A stretch of DNA of 20,265 bases from Candidatus Scalinduaceae bacterium. Lineage in GTDB: Bacteria; Planctomycetota; Brocadiia; Brocadiales; Scalinduaceae. Shown piece by piece: positions 1-7,712 of this stretch. Location of the stretch: NCBI GenBank assembly GCA_046759445.1, contig JBHICG010000063.1, forward strand, positions 1 through 20,265. The letters run 5' to 3'. A model generated the notes under the pieces. That model had not been told where the DNA came from and ran no database searches. It was given only the letters and a program-made list of their open reading frames with translations. How positions within the stretch are numbered: the stretch's first letter is position 1; every line of letters starts with the position of its first letter. The position numbers and the translations under genes are program-made.

Positions 1-55
1 GAACCCACGACACCCAGCTTGGGAAGCTGGTATTCTACCACTGAATTACGCCCGC
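1..55 (-). tRNA. tRNA-Gly (anticodon CCC), 3' end cut off by the window edge
   Basis: Reverse complement reads GCGGGCGTAATTCAGTGGTAGAATACCAGCTTCCCAAGCTGGGTGTCGTGGGTTC: D-arm, anticodon stem CCAGC/GCTGG with loop TTCCCAA (anticodon at 21-23), ending in the GGTTC T-loop. Confidence 0.95.
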
Positions 56-85
56 TTTTGATGGTAAATGATAGTAAAAGAACAA

Positions 86-115
86 ATTATATCTATCCAA
101 TCTTTATCATGTCAA
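86..115 (-). promoter_or_regulatory. sigma70-type promoter of tRNA-Gly
   Basis: Minus strand TTGACA (115-110), 18-nt spacer, TATAAT (91-86); perfect hexamers about 30 nt upstream of the tRNA 5' end. Confidence 0.8.
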
Positions 116-560
116 GGATTATTGTATACGCACATTAAACTTCAAAATGTAATATTTAAAAAGTTAGAAGCTATCGAAAACTATTGAGATTTGTTTTGCC
201 TACACTCAGTTGACAATTTAAATTTTCTTACTTGTAAATAGTAAATCTTAAATTCCTATTCCAAAAAAATACTGAAGAATGGACTTGAAAACAATCTTAC
301 AATATACTAATAAATACATTATGTATATTTTTTTGTTTGAAACTTGATTGACACTTTTATTATGTTAATTACTAAAATATCTGTAATAACAAATGTTTTA
401 ATGACTATACTTAACCATGTAATTTACAAAAAATACCATGATAGATATAACTTTTATTACCAGGCATAAGATTGTATAATGATAATGACAATGAAAGAAA
501 TATGTGCTGAAAATTTTAAAGACAACTTATTAAAAACAAATGATAGCATGGAGGCTTTAG

Positions 561-1046
561 ATGATAAAAGCCGCAATACTAACTATTAGTGATAAAGGCT
601 CTAGAGGTGAAAGAGAAGACAAAAGTGGTGATGTGATCAAGGAAAAATTGCATCATCTTAATGCCCAAGTAGTTGCATACGAAATAGTACCAGATGAAAG
701 GGACGTCATTGCTCGAAAACTTATAAGTCTCGCAGAGAAAGCGAGTTTAGTTCTGACAACCGGCGGTACCGGTGTCAGTCCTAGGGACGTGACACCTGAA
801 GCAACTAGAGACGTAATAGAAAAAGAACTACCGGGTTTTTCGGAAGTTATGAGACTAGAAGGCTTTAAGATTACACCTAGGGCTATCGGAACCAGATCTG
901 TGACAGGAATATATAGAAACTCTTTAATTATAAACCTTCCAGGAAGCCCAAAGGGTGTTTCTGAATGCTTAGGCGCCGTCCTCAAAGCGATTCCACATAC
1001 TCTGGACTTGATAAAGGGTAAGGTTGATGAATGTGGCAGGCAATGA
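561..1046 (+). CDS. mogA: Molybdopterin adenylyltransferase, MogA/MoaB family
   Basis: Motifs TISD..GEREDKSG, TTGGTGVSPRDVTPEAT, LPGFSE, INLPGSPKGV; GGAGG RBS at 550-554. Confidence 0.9.
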   Translation: MIKAAILTISDKGSRGEREDKSGDVIKEKLHHLNAQVVAYEIVPDERDVIARKLISLAEKASLVLTTGGTGVSPRDVTPEATRDVIEKELPGFSEVMRLEGFKITPRAIGTRSVTGIYRNSLIINLPGSPKGVSECLGAVLKAIPHTLDLIKGKVDECGRQ

Positions 1047-1091
1047 AAGTCATCCTAAGCTTGGGCTATTTATGAAAAATATACTAATCCT

Positions 1092-1121
1092 TTGCATGTC
1101 CACATGTAGTAGTGGTATTCT
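1092..1121 (+). promoter_or_regulatory. Putative sigma70 promoter for glyQ
   Basis: TTGCAT (1092-1097), 18 nt, TATTCT (1116-1121) with TGn extension. Confidence 0.45.
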
Positions 1122-1200
1122 GAATTTATACAACATATTGTATTAAGATTTATAAACTCATCTGCAATGAATTTTTATCTTAGAAGCAACAGATTGGTTT

Positions 1201-2088
1201 GTGTATACTAAAATGACTTTTCAAGAATTAATACTTAATCTTCAAAATTATTGGTCAGATAATGGGTGTGTGATAATGCAACCATACGATATAGAGACTG
1301 GTGCGGGTACGTTCAATCCATCGACTTTTTTAAAAGTTCTTGGAAAGAAACCATGGAAGTGTGCTTACGTAGAACCTTCAAGAAGACCAACCGATGGACG
1401 TTACGGTGAAAACCCAAATAGATTGCAGCATTACTATCAATTTCAAGTAATAATAAAACCCACTCCGGACAATTCTAAATCTATATATATTGATAGTTTA
1501 CGCTCCATAGGAATTGATTTAGTCAAACACGATATTCGTTTTGTTGAGGATGATTGGGAATCACCAACCTTAGGCGCAACTGGGTTGGGCTGGGAAGTTT
1601 GGCTTGATGGTATGGAAATAACACAGTTTACATATTTTCAGCAAATTGGAGGAATAGAATTAGACGTTATATCAGTCGAATTAACCTATGGGCTGGAAAG
1701 GATTGCTATGTTTATCCAAGAAAAAGAATCCGTTTTCGAATTAGAGTGGGTAAATGGATACACTTATGGAGATGTGCATAAGCAAGATGAAATACAATTT
1801 TCCACCTATTACTTCGAGATAGCTGATGTTTCTATGCTTTTTAAACAATTTGACATGTACGAGAAAGAATGCAAAAGTTTATTGGAAAAGGGAATTATTA
1901 TACCAGCATTTGACTATGTTTTAAAATGCTCGCACACATTCAATATGTTAGATGCCAGGAAATCAATAGGCGTTGCCCAACGGACAAGATTTATAGGCAG
2001 GGTAAGAAGCTTGGCCAAGGGTTGTGCTGAAGGTTACTTAAGATCTTTAGGAGAACAGGAATTAGATGTCCCTTCCAGACAAAAATGA
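1201..2088 (+). CDS. glyQ: Glycine--tRNA ligase alpha subunit
   Basis: [90 protein letters not shown]. The start may be ATG at 1213 rather than GTG at 1201. Confidence 0.97.
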   Translation: MYTKMTFQELILNLQNYWSDNGCVIMQPYDIETGAGTFNPSTFLKVLGKKPWKCAYVEPSRRPTDGRYGENPNRLQHYYQFQVIIKPTPDNSKSIYIDSLRSIGIDLVKHDIRFVEDDWESPTLGATGLGWEVWLDGMEITQFTYFQQIGGIELDVISVELTYGLERIAMFIQEKESVFELEWVNGYTYGDVHKQDEIQFSTYYFEIADVSMLFKQFDMYEKECKSLLEKGIIIPAFDYVLKCSHTFNMLDARKSIGVAQRTRFIGRVRSLAKGCAEGYLRSLGEQELDVPSRQK

Positions 2089-2120
2089 GTATTTAAAAAA
2101 ACGTGATGTAAAAGCTCTCT

Positions 2121-3017
2121 CTATAAAATATGAGACTCCATGTGAAGTTTTAGTTTATCTATGATACTTTCAAATTGGGTATTATTAGAGAATTCAATAA
2201 CTATTTTACCCTTTCCATTTCTTTCTTTTATTGAAACCTTGGTTCCAATAAATATTCGCAGTTTGTCTTCTAAGTCTAGAATATGTGGTGATTTAAGTAA
2301 GTTTGTAGGCTTTTTTTTATTTACAATAGATGTCTTTGAAGAAAAAGGGGAAACACTCTCTTTCTCAGAAACAATTATCTCTACTTCCCGAACAGAAATG
2401 CCATCAGTTATTATTTTGTTACAAAGGATTTTTTGCTTTTTTGGATCTTTCAAAGATAAGAGAGCGCGGGCATGGCCCATTGAGAGGGTTCCACGTGAAA
2501 CTAAATCTTGTACCTCTTCTGGCAAATCTAGTAATCTAATTATATTTGCAACAGAAGATCGATCTTGTCCGACTCTGAGTGCAATTTGTTCTTGTGTTAA
2601 TCCAAATTTATTTTTTAATTCAAGAAAGCCACGAGCTTTTTCGATGGGATTAAGATCTTCCCTTTGTATGTTTTCTACCAGTGCTAATTCAAAGGCCTTC
2701 ATATTATCAGCGTTTTTAACGAATACAGGTACTTCTCTTAATCCTAAAAGTTTAGCGGCCCTCCAACGTCTTTCTCCAGCTATTATCTTATACCCATTAT
2801 TTATGGGACGAACTATAATAGGCTGTAATACACCGTGTTCCTGGATAGATTTTACTAGTGTCTTCATTTGGTCCTGTGTAAACCGTTTGCGAGGTTGCGA
2901 TTCGCTTGGTTGGATTTCTGAAGGCTTTACCTTAATTATGTTCTCAACAGTTTCAATACCTATTGCTTCGCCTAATAAAGACTGTAAACTACGCCCAAGT
3001 TTTTCTTTGCCAGCCAT
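2121..3017 (-). CDS. parB: Chromosome partitioning protein ParB/Spo0J
   Basis: N-terminal LGRSLQSLL (ParA-interacting peptide type), QPRKRF, GVLQPIIVR, CTP-binding IIAGERRWRAA, ENIQREDLNPIE, HTH TQEQIALRVGQDRSSVANIIRLL, C-terminal GKIVIEF. Confidence 0.96.
   Translation of the reverse strand: MAGKEKLGRSLQSLLGEAIGIETVENIIKVKPSEIQPSESQPRKRFTQDQMKTLVKSIQEHGVLQPIIVRPINNGYKIIAGERRWRAAKLLGLREVPVFVKNADNMKAFELALVENIQREDLNPIEKARGFLELKNKFGLTQEQIALRVGQDRSSVANIIRLLDLPEEVQDLVSRGTLSMGHARALLSLKDPKKQKILCNKIITDGISVREVEIIVSEKESVSPFSSKTSIVNKKKPTNLLKSPHILDLEDKLRIFIGTKVSIKERNGKGKIVIEFSNNTQFESIIDKLKLHMESHIL
2487..2502. promoter_or_regulatory. parS site inside parB
   Basis: GGTTCCACGTGAAACT matches the 14-bp core of the chromosomal parS consensus TGTTNCACGTGAAACA; only the outer base pair differs. 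Confidence 0.8.
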
Positions 3018-3292
3018 GTGAATTAAAAAGGTTTAATCTTAAATTTTGTTTAAAGAATTACGAAACAGTAAATAACAGATTGTCACATTGCATTCAAGGA
3101 AATTCTTTGAAATTTAACAAAAAATTTTAGCATTGAAACTTCTATATAAAGTATAACCTAAATGAACCTATTCATTTTGTATAAATTATAGACTATATCA
3201 GTGACTAATAAAGCACTTACATTCACCCCCAAATTTTTTACTTTATCTGTATCAAGATATAAATAGTAATATCAACAGCACAATTTATCAAA

Positions 3293-3308
3293 TGTTCCAT
3301 GTGAAACA
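3293..3308. promoter_or_regulatory. parS site in the parB/permease divergent intergenic region
   Basis: TGTTCCATGTGAAACA, one mismatch to the consensus TGTTNCACGTGAAACA. Confidence 0.8.
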
Positions 3309-3326
3309 ATATTTATTGGAGATCAT

Positions 3327-4142
3327 ATGAAAAAAATTATACCGTTGGCCGTTAACGGCTTTAAGGAAATAGTCAGACAGCCTTTTTACCTCGTTATACT
3401 ATTTTTGGGTTGTTTTATAACACTTATGTCATTTTCATTTACTTTTTTTGCTTTCGGTGAAGAGGTAAGAATGATAAAGAATATGGGAATTTCCACAATA
3501 ACCATCTGCGGCCTTTTGACTGGATGCCTGTCTTCTTCCATCTTAATAGCATCTGAATTTGAAAGACAAACGACACTTGCTGTGCTTTCAAAACCGATAA
3601 CAAAGATACATTTTGTTTTGGGTAAATATTTAGGAATTATTATGGCAGCTATGTTATTAATCTTTACTCAGGGTCTAATCTTAGAAATTGCGCTTGCAAT
3701 CAACAAGTATTCAATGGGTACACATGTTGAACACTACGCCTCCAATCCACAAAATAAATCTCTAATTGATTATTATTGTTTAATAGGAATTTATTTTTCT
3801 TTATTGCAGATTCTAATCCTCACAGCAATATCCGTTATTTTATCTATCTATCTTAATGTGACTGGAAATTTAATTGTATGTTTCCTTGTCTTTGTTTTTT
3901 GCCATGTATATAGTTATATTTTCCCATTCCATCTGCAGGATATGAATATCATAAGCATTCCGCTGATAATATGTTACGTAATATTCCCAAACCTGCATAA
4001 TCTAAATTTAGTTACAATTAATGATATTGAATTCGGAACCAAATCTATATATATAGTATATAATACTCTCTACAGTGTTATATATAGTGCTGTTATATTA
4101 TGGTTAACTATTATTTTATTTAGAAGAAAAGAGATAGCTTGA
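3327..4142 (+). CDS. ABC-2-type transporter permease (GldF/PilI/NosY-like), about 6 TM helices
   Basis: Hydrophobic helices; family-type motifs LAVNGFKEIVR, SEFERQTTLAVLSKPITKIHFVLGKYLG, C-terminal FRRKEI; GGAG RBS upstream. Confidence 0.8.
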   Translation: MKKIIPLAVNGFKEIVRQPFYLVILFLGCFITLMSFSFTFFAFGEEVRMIKNMGISTITICGLLTGCLSSSILIASEFERQTTLAVLSKPITKIHFVLGKYLGIIMAAMLLIFTQGLILEIALAINKYSMGTHVEHYASNPQNKSLIDYYCLIGIYFSLLQILILTAISVILSIYLNVTGNLIVCFLVFVFCHVYSYIFPFHLQDMNIISIPLIICYVIFPNLHNLNLVTINDIEFGTKSIYIVYNTLYSVIYSAVILWLTIILFRRKEIA

Positions 4143-4389
4143 TAATAAGTGTAGACATAAGCGTTAATCTTGCAAATGAAATTTTATTTCCATAAAATGA
4201 CTGGAAAAAAATTATAGAAGATATAGCCAGGGGCTTGGCAATTTTATATTCCACATTCAATTATTGTCATCAGGCCAATTCATCAAATATATTAAACACC
4301 TATTATACTATTGCAAACTTTGTTATGTAATCTACTGATATAATAAGTTATTCCAGTAGTTACATAGTAGTTTAATCCCAACAATTTGT

Positions 4390-4419
4390 TTGACAAGAGT
4401 ATAAATATATTGATAATAT
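4390..4419 (+). promoter_or_regulatory. Putative sigma70 promoter for the lipoprotein-ApbE fusion operon
   Basis: TTGACA (4390-4395) followed by GATAAT (16-nt spacer) or TGa-TAATAT (18-nt spacer, extended -10). Confidence 0.55.
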
Positions 4420-4450
4420 CTAGTTGAAATTGAGTCTCATTTGCAATATC

Positions 4451-4954
4451 ATGTATTTCTTAAAACTATTTTTTTTATTATCTCTTATAATCCTATCTGG
4501 ATGTTTATCAAATAGTCCCCTTTCATATCAAAGCCAGAAAGAACACTCCCTCGGTTCGCATTCATCAAATTACTCGCAAACTTTCGATCTTGGTTTCGAG
4601 ACGGTATGGTCTGCAACACTTATTTCCCTAAACGAAATGCCTTTGGAAAAGATAGATAAAGAAAAAGGGTTAGTTAAAACAGGTTGGATTGAAGGATGGT
4701 CACAAAGAAAAACTAGAGGTATATTAACAGATAGATTTATGGATAATTATTTGAAAGAAAGGCATCGTATTGTACTTAATATCTCTGGCAATAATTGGAT
4801 TAGTTCCGTAGCAGTTAGATGTCAAATACAAGAAAGAGCAAGGGGTGGAAGTGCCGCATACAGATGGGAAAGAAAACAATCTACCGGAAAGATAGAAAAA
4901 GAAGTATTAACTAGGATTGAAGACATACTGAGTGGAAAGGTAAAAGGTTTATAG
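4451..4954 (+). CDS. Predicted lipoprotein with BamC/NlpB-like (helix-grip) domain
   Basis: From ATG 4451: MYFLKLFFLLSLIILSGC, a signal peptide with an LSGC lipobox. The pattern 'ETVWSATLISL...IDKEKGLVKTGW...EKEVLTRIEDIL' resembles BamC-type domains. The ORF track start TTG 4424 lies too close to the predicted promoter. Confidence 0.65.
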   Translation: MYFLKLFFLLSLIILSGCLSNSPLSYQSQKEHSLGSHSSNYSQTFDLGFETVWSATLISLNEMPLEKIDKEKGLVKTGWIEGWSQRKTRGILTDRFMDNYLKERHRIVLNISGNNWISSVAVRCQIQERARGGSAAYRWERKQSTGKIEKEVLTRIEDILSGKVKGL

Positions 4955-4957
4955 GAT

Positions 4958-6634
4958 ATGGGAAAATTAAGCGTTTATTTAACGGCAGTATTTATTGCAA
5001 TATTTAACTTTATTACTTTATGCGATGCACAATTAGATTTTGAGCCAGAGGATAATTATCAACCTCAGGTCTTTCTCACAAAAGAAGAAGCATTGATGGA
5101 AGCATTTCCTGATTGCGATAAGGTCGTATATGATGAGATAATTCTAACAGACGAAGAAAAGAACCAAATTCAGAACAGACTCAAACGTAAAATATTCGAA
5201 GATAGTTTTGTCGTCTACATCGGCGTAAGTTCTGGGAAGGTAATGGGATACGCCATAATTACCGAGGAAATCGGGAAATTTCATCCATATACGTTTATGG
5301 TAACCGCAAATCCAAAGGGTAAGATTCATCATATAGCCGTACTCGTTTATCGTGAAAGTAGGGGAATTGAGATTGTTCGCAAAAGATTCCTTCACCAATT
5401 TAAAGGGAAGTCTCTTAAGAACCCGATAAGAATTAATAAAGACATTATCAATATCACTGGTGCAACTATGTCTGTTGTAACCATGTGTTCCGGCGTGAAA
5501 AAAGTACTCGCCGTAATTGAAGAGTTTTACCTAGATGGTAAAAGAACAGATAAAATTGCTTCTTTAAATAGAGTAGAATTCGGTAGCGAGGGAGAAAATG
5601 GAAAACCAAAACTATTCAAAAAGGTAATGCTGAGTATGGGAACTGTCTTTGAGGTTTCCGCCTATGCGTCAGACAACTATAAAACCGAAAAAACATTCAA
5701 TGATGTCTTTAAAGAAATAAACAGGCTCGATTATTTAATGAGCAATTACAAAGATGACAGCGAACTTTCAAAAGTTAATAAGAACGCTGCACTTGGACCA
5801 GTTTATTGTGACATTGAGCTTATTCACATAATCGAGCAGTCTTTAAAATATAGTGATGTTACAAAGGGTGCTTTTGATATTACTATAGGCCCGCTTATGA
5901 AAATGTGGGGATTTTTCAAAGGACAGGGAAAAATTCCCGGCAAAGAAGATTTAGAATCAATACTCAAATCGGTTTCTTATAAAAACATAATTATCGAAGA
6001 AAAAGTTAAAAAATCTCTTTTTCGACGCCCTAGTATCGTAAAGACAATATCCTTCAAGGACCACAACACCAAAATTGATCTAGGTGCAATTGGAAAAGGT
6101 TATGCACTTGACACAGCAACCAGGATACTTCGAAAAAACGGGATAAAATCAGCATTAATAAACTTCGCAGGTAATATTTACGCGTATGGTACACCACCTG
6201 GAAAAAAATCATGGGCTATAGGGTTACAACATCCACGAAAAAATGATAGTATTATTGGTTCGTTTAAAATCAAAGATAAAGCCGTATCCACCTCTGGTGA
6301 TTACGAAAAGTTTTTTATAGTCGACGGAGAAAGACATTCACACATAATCGATCCAAGAACTGGTAAGCCCGTTAAGGGCATCGTGAGCGTAACTGTAATT
6401 GCCGATAATGCAACAAGGGCAGATGCACTCTCTACAGGGATCTTCGTTTTGGGATTAGAAGAAGGCATGAAACTTATTGAAGGACTGCCTGATGTAGAAG
6501 GTGTCATTATCCATGAGAATATTAATTCGGAATTATCCATTAATACATCGAGCGGAATGAAAACATTTTTTAAAAGTAATGCTAAAGCTACCCAGAAAGG
6601 AGTAAAATCAGACGTAATTATTACAGGTAGTTAA
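4958..6634 (+). CDS. apbE: Exported fusion: N-terminal FMN-binding (RnfG/NqrC-like) domain + ApbE FAD:protein FMN transferase
   Basis: Signal-peptide-like N-terminus; DIINITGATMS flavinylation motif (Thr170, nt 5465-5467); ApbE motifs SMGT, GAFDITIGPL, DLGAIGKGY, STSGDYEKF, HIIDPRTG, ADALST. Confidence 0.9.
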   Translation: MGKLSVYLTAVFIAIFNFITLCDAQLDFEPEDNYQPQVFLTKEEALMEAFPDCDKVVYDEIILTDEEKNQIQNRLKRKIFEDSFVVYIGVSSGKVMGYAIITEEIGKFHPYTFMVTANPKGKIHHIAVLVYRESRGIEIVRKRFLHQFKGKSLKNPIRINKDIINITGATMSVVTMCSGVKKVLAVIEEFYLDGKRTDKIASLNRVEFGSEGENGKPKLFKKVMLSMGTVFEVSAYASDNYKTEKTFNDVFKEINRLDYLMSNYKDDSELSKVNKNAALGPVYCDIELIHIIEQSLKYSDVTKGAFDITIGPLMKMWGFFKGQGKIPGKEDLESILKSVSYKNIIIEEKVKKSLFRRPSIVKTISFKDHNTKIDLGAIGKGYALDTATRILRKNGIKSALINFAGNIYAYGTPPGKKSWAIGLQHPRKNDSIIGSFKIKDKAVSTSGDYEKFFIVDGERHSHIIDPRTGKPVKGIVSVTVIADNATRADALSTGIFVLGLEEGMKLIEGLPDVEGVIIHENINSELSINTSSGMKTFFKSNAKATQKGVKSDVIITGS

Positions 6635-6878
6635 AACTCCATAATATTTGTTATGATACATAAAATAAAACAACGCCGAGGAGAGCATCATACAGGACTG
6701 TTTTTTTTGATATTTTGACAATCAACAAACTTTCTTTGGGCCATTCTTATTCTGTACGATTCAGCATCTAAGATTCCGCTTAAAAAATCAAATAATAAAT
6801 AGGAGGGGAATTTGTTTTACTTTTTTTTGTTGTTGTTATGTTGCCTTATAGAATAGCCAAAGAAGCTTAATCCCAAAA

Positions 6879-7697
6879 ATGATAAAAACCAAGTTTATAG
6901 TTGCTGCAATTCAACTTTGTTCAAACGAGGATAAAAAAAGGAATTTGCAGTTGGCAAGCCAGTTTATTGACGTTGCTGTTGAAAATGGTGCAAATATCGT
7001 GGTATTGCCAGAACTGTTTAATTGTTGCGGGCATACAGAAGTCATGGTGAGGAACGCAGAAGAAATACCCGGCTACACAACCAACATTCTTTCAGACAAA
7101 GCCCGGCAACATGGAATCTACATAGTGTGTGGAAGTATTTTTGAGGAAGCCAAAAAGAATATGGTTTATAACACCAGTGTAATAGTTGACAGAAACGGTG
7201 AAATCATAACAAAGTATAAAAAAATCCACCTTTTTGATATTGATATACCAGGCAAGATAAGATATAAAGAGTCAGAACACGTAATTGCAGGCCACAAGAT
7301 AGTCACCGTAAACATGGGGAGCTTTGATGCCGGCTTGGTAATTTGTTATGATTTGCGCTTCTGTGAACTTTTTCGCGCTCTGGCGTTAAAAGGAGCAATG
7401 GTTATCTTTGTTCCATCGGCATTTACGTCAGCCACTGGAGAATACCACTGGGAACCACTAGTTAAGGCCCGTGCTATTGAGAATCAGGTTTATGTCATTG
7501 CTGCTAACCAGATAGGTACGAGTCCGAATAACATAACCTGTTACGGGAAAAGCATGATAGTGGATCCATGGGGAAGGGTCTTAGCAAAGGCAGAAGATAA
7601 TGAAAACGTAATCACTGCCGAGATTGATTTAAAAATTTTAGAGGACGTAAGAACAGAGGTACCCTTATTTGAACACAGACGAACTGATCTATATTGA
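6879..7697 (+). CDS. Carbon-nitrogen hydrolase, nitrilase superfamily (Nit1/Nit2-like amidase)
   Basis: Catalytic triad motifs LPE, YKKIHLFD, ICYDLRF; also HWEPLVKARAIENQ and SMIVDPWG. Confidence 0.92.
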   Translation: MIKTKFIVAAIQLCSNEDKKRNLQLASQFIDVAVENGANIVVLPELFNCCGHTEVMVRNAEEIPGYTTNILSDKARQHGIYIVCGSIFEEAKKNMVYNTSVIVDRNGEIITKYKKIHLFDIDIPGKIRYKESEHVIAGHKIVTVNMGSFDAGLVICYDLRFCELFRALALKGAMVIFVPSAFTSATGEYHWEPLVKARAIENQVYVIAANQIGTSPNNITCYGKSMIVDPWGRVLAKAEDNENVITAEIDLKILEDVRTEVPLFEHRRTDLY

Positions 7698-7712
7698 AAT
7701 TGGAGCCCATCG

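Noticed and set aside
116..560. Long AT-rich intergenic region as a possible oriC
   Set aside because: No cluster of DnaA boxes seen and no dnaA/dnaN nearby; explained by divergent promoters.
1047..1200. T-box leader upstream of glyQ (AGTGGTATTC resembles GGTGGTACC)
   Set aside because: No stem I/specifier loop or terminator; the sequence fits an extended -10 promoter better.
2161..3021. 286-aa antisense ORF spanning parB
   Set aside because: It lies in the antisense frame whose third positions coincide with those of parB, where stops arise only at Tyr/His/Gln codons. No RBS or recognisable motifs; a shadow ORF.
6673..6770. Glycine (GCCGA/GGAGA) or c-di-AMP (GCTGAATC on minus strand) riboswitch
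   Set aside because: Only isolated words match; order, orientation and the remaining conserved elements are missing.
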